Shown in pieces: positions 15,978 to 19,588 of a stretch of DNA of 19,588 nucleotides. This DNA is from Okeania sp. (lineage in GTDB: Bacteria > Cyanobacteriota > Cyanobacteriia > Cyanobacteriales > Microcoleaceae). Location: contig NZ_JAYKGW010000253.1 of NCBI RefSeq assembly GCF_035285525.1, positions 1 through 19,588 of the forward strand. Reading direction: 5' to 3'. A model generated the notes under the pieces. The model was given only the letters and a program-made list of their open reading frames with translations, was not told the DNA's origin and did not search any database. A program made the translations under genes and the position numbers. Within the stretch, counting starts at the first letter, position 1. The number at the start of each line of letters is the position of its first letter.

Positions 15978-16431
15978 TAGGGTTTGCGTATGGAAAGTCT
16001 GATGGTTAAGGTAGGGAGTAGCGGTCGTTTTTGCGCTTCGCAAAGCTTCGCTAACGGTGCTTGAGCCGACATGTTTGCGGAGCATGACCTTAGGAAAACG
16101 CTGCGCGACATGGAAAGCGAAGCATTCCGAAGGAAAAAGTGAAACTTCCTGAAGGGTGGGAGGGATGGGTTCCCTAACCATATCCAATCGACCAAAAGAG
16201 GGAGTAGTTAAGAGTTAGGAGAAATGGGAGTTATAGAAGAGTAAGGACGTTGCATGCAACGTCCGTACAGAAGAATTGTCTGTTAATTTTTCTACTCTTG
16301 TGTAAGCCTTATGTGCTAACTTTTTTAACCTTTTTGACCTAAAAGCTGGTACTTTTTCCCGACCTAAACCTAAAGTTGCTAAAACCATGATTAATGTCAA
16401 TGCTTTCATACTTTTTCAGCAAACCCTAATT
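15975..16431 (+). mobile_element. MITE-like element, copy C (457 bp) carrying two nested insertions
   Basis: Ends AATTAGGGTTTGCGTA (15975-15990) and TCAGCAAACCCTAATT (16416-16431). It is colinear with copy B except for a GC-richer segment of about 176 bp (about 16022-16197) inserted within the GGGAGTA heptamer run, and the 28-nt palindrome GTAAGGACGTTGCATGCAACGTCCGTAC (16241-16268). Confidence 0.6.
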
Positions 16432-16493
16432 ATTCTTAAATATCTTATTAAATTATTTGCGATCGCTATAGTTATAAGAAATGGCATCTGTTG

Positions 16494-16558
16494 AAAAAAA
16501 CTGTAAGGATTGGGTCTCGAAACCCAAGGGCGAACGGATTTGGATACCAAACCCCTAC
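16494..16558 (-). terminator. Probable rho-independent terminator of the GT41 gene, built from a family-H hairpin element
   Basis: Minus strand reads GTAGGGGTTTGGTATCCAAATCC-GTTCGCCCTT-GGGTTTCGAGACCCAATCCTTAC, then AG, then TTTTTTT (forward A7 at 16494-16500). It starts 17 nt after the stop codon at 16575. Confidence 0.6.
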
Positions 16559-16574
16559 GAGCAAATTGTACAAG

Positions 16575-19500
16575 TTATTTAGGAGTGCTATATATTTTTC
16601 CGGCAAATTTTTGATAATCTCCAAATAACCATTCAGGCAATTTATTTATATCTTCAATTCGTAATTGTTCAGGACGACAATATAACATTGCTGCTAATAA
16701 ATAATTGATAGATTTTGGTGCTTCTATTCCTTGAGCAAGTTGAGTAGCTAAATGTTGTAAAAATTCCTGTTCACTTTCTACTAAATATTGATTTTGTATC
16801 CCACTATTTAGTAATGCTTGATAAGCTTTACCCATTTCACCTAAGTAAAAAGTTTCTAGTTTTTGAGGTTCTAAATTTATCCAAAAATCAGCAGTTTGTT
16901 TTCTCAGTTGACGCAACTCTTTAATAACAGATTCATCAGATGAATCTATATAATAAAGATTCACAGTTCCTAATAATTGATTCAAAAACTTTTGATGAGC
17001 AGAATCTAAACTTTCTGATTGATTTTCTGTTACAAATTCAGGAGTTTGTAGGGGTTTGCTTTCCAAACCGGGTTTGGAGAACAAACCTCTACGGATAGAA
17101 TCTTCTGAAAAATGAGGTGATTTAGTTTGAAAAACTCTTTCTAATTTCTGAGCAACTTCTCTACTTTCAAATACCTGTTGATAATCATTAATTAACCAAT
17201 TAGGCAAACGATTTTTGGCATCTCTGACTAACATTTTACCAGGAATAAAATATAGCATTCCCCCTAAAAGTGCATTAACAGCTTTAGGATCGGTTAAACC
17301 CATACTTTTATCGGCTAATTTTTTCATAACTTTCTCTTCTTCTTTGGTTTGAGCTTCGTTTTGAATCCCACTTGTTAATAAGATTAGATATGCTTGTTTA
17401 ATTTTTCCTTGATAAATATTTTCCAATTTCTCAGGAGGTATATCTAACCAAAAATCAGCTATTTGTTTACGAAGTTGACGTAATTCTTCTATTAAATATT
17501 GATCGTTCGGGTCAATTTTATAGAGATTTACACAACCTATTAAACGATTTATAAATTCAGCAGTTAAATACTTTTCTTCTGTTGATTCTATGGTTTTTGG
17601 TTGATGAATATTTTGCCATTTTTGAAATAATTCTTGGAACAATTTACCTATTTGTAGAGAGTAACTACGACTGTCTAAAAATGATGGATTTTGCTGCATT
17701 TTTTCTTGAATTTCTTCCCGTTTTTGTTGGCGAAATTCTGAATTATTTGCCAACTTCAGCGCTAAATTAATATAACTTTCTTCTCCATCAGCAATAAGCT
17801 CCTCCATATTAATTTCTCGTAATAAAGCAGACGCTTGTCTAAACCTTAAAGCATTTCCTTCCACCACAACTGGTGGTACTCCTACCATTAAAGGATCTAT
17901 TAAAGAAGTTGCGCCACCATAGGGGAAAGAGTCTAAATAGATATCTGCTAACTCTAAACATTTTTTGATATCTGATTTACTTGGCAATGCTTTAATAACT
18001 ACTAACCTTTTAGTATTAACGTTGTGTCGTTCTAAAGTATTTCGCATTTGTTTGATAAAAGGTCCGACTGGATAATAATTCGTCCAGTTGGGGTTAAAGG
18101 GATACAAGACTAAAATGGAGTTTGGCACTGCACTGAGAATTTTTGCCCAAGTCTCACGCATTTCGGGAATGATTTTGTAGAAATTTGCCCCGGAAATAAA
18201 GATGGTAGTTTCGTCGGTTGCTCCCCAACTAGAGCGGAGGGGTTGTACGACTGGAAGAGTTTCGGCGATGGGATATCGGAAACATAGTCCGGAACCTTCT
18301 AAGTTGACTAATTTTTCGGTATACTGTTCTTGGGTGGTTTCGGTCCGAGCAGTTAATTTGCCAGAAATGTAATATTCTATTGAGGTCATCCCGGTAGTAG
18401 TGGGAGAATTAATAGATGTTAGTTGGATTCTGGCTAATTGATAAGTTGCTAGTAAAGTAGAATTTTTGGTAATCGCAGTAATATTGGAACCGAAAAAGAG
18501 AATATCAAGATTATCGTTACGAATAGTTTGTACTTGATTTTTTAATTCTTTTGGTAGTTGGAAAAATTTATCAGCACGACTTTGACAATATTGTTCTAAA
18601 GGATGTTTGTTAGAATTTATTGCATAGAGAAATATCTCAAATTTACTCCGATCTAAATGTTCAAAAACTGGAAGTAAAGAATAAGTTTCTGTCTGAGGAG
18701 TAAAGTGATCCTTGATAATTCCTAAACGAATTTTTTGGCGTTCATTAGGTCGAGGTGGCATAGAATAATTGAGCTGTAAACCAAGTTTTTTCAGAGCAAA
18801 CTCAATAATTTCTGCCCGTTTGATATAGAGACTTTTTAAATTTGGCGTAGTCGTAAAATATAGAGGTATCCAATTAGAATTTTCCAGAAATAATGAAGCG
18901 CTCGCTTGCCATATTTCGGAGTCGGGATTTGTGGAAATATTATTATGAACATAACTCAACCAGTCATTCATAAAATGATAGAAATTATCTGTTTCTCCTA
19001 TTTGTTGGAAAAGTTGAGGAGCAGCAAACATAAATTTTAAATAGTCTGCAGCAAACCAGTTAGGAATTGGAGCTTTTTCGTATTGAATTTCTAATTGATA
19101 TGCTTGACGGTAAAGCATAGCTGCTAAAAGATATTTAATATCTAAAGCTTGGTTAAATCTTTTAGCAATATTAGCTTTGATTTTAGTGACAAACTTTTGC
19201 TCGGTTTCGGTTAAAGTTTCATCTTTAATATTGCTTTTTAGTAAAGCTTGGTGTATTTGACCGACTTCTCCTAAATAGGAAATTTTTAGATTTTCCAAGG
19301 TATTTATATTTAACCAAGAATCTGCAATTTGCTTTCTAATTTTTTGCAATTTCACCAAAGCATATTTATCTAACTGATTTTGTTGATAAAACTCAATTTC
19401 TTTATTTACTTCTGCTAGAGAAAGCAATAAATTATTTGCGAAAATATCTCCAGATTTATTAGATTCTAATGACTGAGATTTTAAAGATACTTCTGGCTGA

Positions 19501-19588
19501 CTTTTTGTCTGACTCAAAGAAGATTCAATATAGTCAATATCTCCAGATTTATTAGAATCTAATGACTGAGATTTTAAAGATACTTCTG
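16575..19588 (-). CDS. Large GT41-family (SPINDLY/OGT-type) glycosyltransferase flanked by three copies of an uncharacterised module of about 130 aa; 5' end lies outside the window
   Basis: The track ORF starts at a TTG (19517), but the frame stays open to the window edge (..EVSLKSQSLDSNKSGDIDYIESSLSQTKSQPEVSLKSQSLESNKSGDIF..). The catalytic region (about 17598-18734) has FISGANFYKIIPEMRETWAKILSAVPNSILVLYPF and ADIYLDSFPYGGATSLIDPLMVGVPPVVVEGN, typical of the OGT/SPY C-terminal domain. Confidence 0.8.
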   Translation of the reverse strand, partial: EVSLKSQSLDSNKSGDIDYIESSLSQTKSQPEVSLKSQSLESNKSGDIFANNLLLSLAEVNKEIEFYQQNQLDKYALVKLQKIRKQIADSWLNINTLENLKISYLGEVGQIHQALLKSNIKDETLTETEQKFVTKIKANIAKRFNQALDIKYLLAAMLYRQAYQLEIQYEKAPIPNWFAADYLKFMFAAPQLFQQIGETDNFYHFMNDWLSYVHNNISTNPDSEIWQASASLFLENSNWIPLYFTTTPNLKSLYIKRAEIIEFALKKLGLQLNYSMPPRPNERQKIRLGIIKDHFTPQTETYSLLPVFEHLDRSKFEIFLYAINSNKHPLEQYCQSRADKFFQLPKELKNQVQTIRNDNLDILFFGSNITAITKNSTLLATYQLARIQLTSINSPTTTGMTSIEYYISGKLTARTETTQEQYTEKLVNLEGSGLCFRYPIAETLPVVQPLRSSWGATDETTIFISGANFYKIIPEMRETWAKILSAVPNSILVLYPFNPNWTNYYPVGPFIKQMRNTLERHNVNTKRLVVIKALPSKSDIKKCLELADIYLDSFPYGGATSLIDPLMVGVPPVVVEGNALRFRQASALLREINMEELIADGEESYINLALKLANNSEFRQQKREEIQEKMQQNPSFLDSRSYSLQIGKLFQELFQKWQNIHQPKTIESTEEKYLTAEFINRLIGCVNLYKIDPNDQYLIEELRQLRKQIADFWLDIPPEKLENIYQGKIKQAYLILLTSGIQNEAQTKEEEKVMKKLADKSMGLTDPKAVNALLGGMLYFIPGKMLVRDAKNRLPNWLINDYQQVFESREVAQKLERVFQTKSPHFSEDSIRRGLFSKPGLESKPLQTPEFVTENQSESLDSAHQKFLNQLLGTVNLYYIDSSDESVIKELRQLRKQTADFWINLEPQKLETFYLGEMGKAYQALLNSGIQNQYLVESEQEFLQHLATQLAQGIEAPKSINYLLAAMLYCRPEQLRIEDINKLPEWLFGDYQKFAGKIYSTPK
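17048..17092. repeat. Family-H hairpin element embedded in frame (45 nt, 15 codons) inside the GT41 coding sequence
   Basis: Forward strand GTAGGGGTTTGCTTTCCAAACC|GGGTTTGGAGAACAAACCTCTAC forms a near-perfect 22-bp self-complementary duplex. It encodes part of ..RRGLFSKPGLESKPLQ.. in the linker between module copies 2 and 3. Confidence 0.7.

Overview
The window is a low-GC (about one third G+C) cyanobacterial chromosomal segment. Support: at least seven copies of the HIP1 octamer GCGATCGC (near 899, 1737, 5868, 6336, 12129, 14917, 16460), plus Ycf49-like, CsaB, DUF3531-like and DUF3288-like genes. It resembles a repeat- and pseudogene-rich filamentous genome such as Trichodesmium, but I cannot verify the species without a search.

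I read 13 apparently intact or nearly intact genes, about 57 percent of the window by my coordinate sums:
- Ycf49-like membrane protein
- csaB pyruvyl transferase
- a fused class I plus FkbM double methyltransferase
- an orphan Phd/YefM-type antitoxin
- comM/yifB
- a HIT protein
- a signal-anchored TPR-like protein
- DUF3531-like protein
- an AtzH/HpxZ-like protein with a premature stop
- a TPR protein
- DUF3288-like protein
- an HslV/CodW-like Ntn hydrolase
- a large GT41 (SPY/OGT-type) glycosyltransferase that runs off the right edge

Four clearly decayed genes cover about 11 percent: a PIN/VapC toxin with six in-frame stops, a TGA-split secreted protein, a C-terminal TnpB remnant, and a SAM methyltransferase.

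The remaining third is non-coding and packed with repeat families:
- a MITE-like element with 16-bp terminal inverted repeats (3 copies, one with nested insertions)
- GTAG...CTAC hairpin elements; one sits in frame inside the GT41 gene and one forms its terminator
- a 4-unit array of about 112 bp directly upstream of a gene
- 14-nt and 7-nt tandem repeats at gene boundaries

I recognised no rRNA, tRNA or CRISPR. I did not find a complete novel multi-gene system. The most unusual items are the repeat biology, the orphan Ser-nucleophile HslV-like protease, the GT41 architecture, and the pattern of gene decay.
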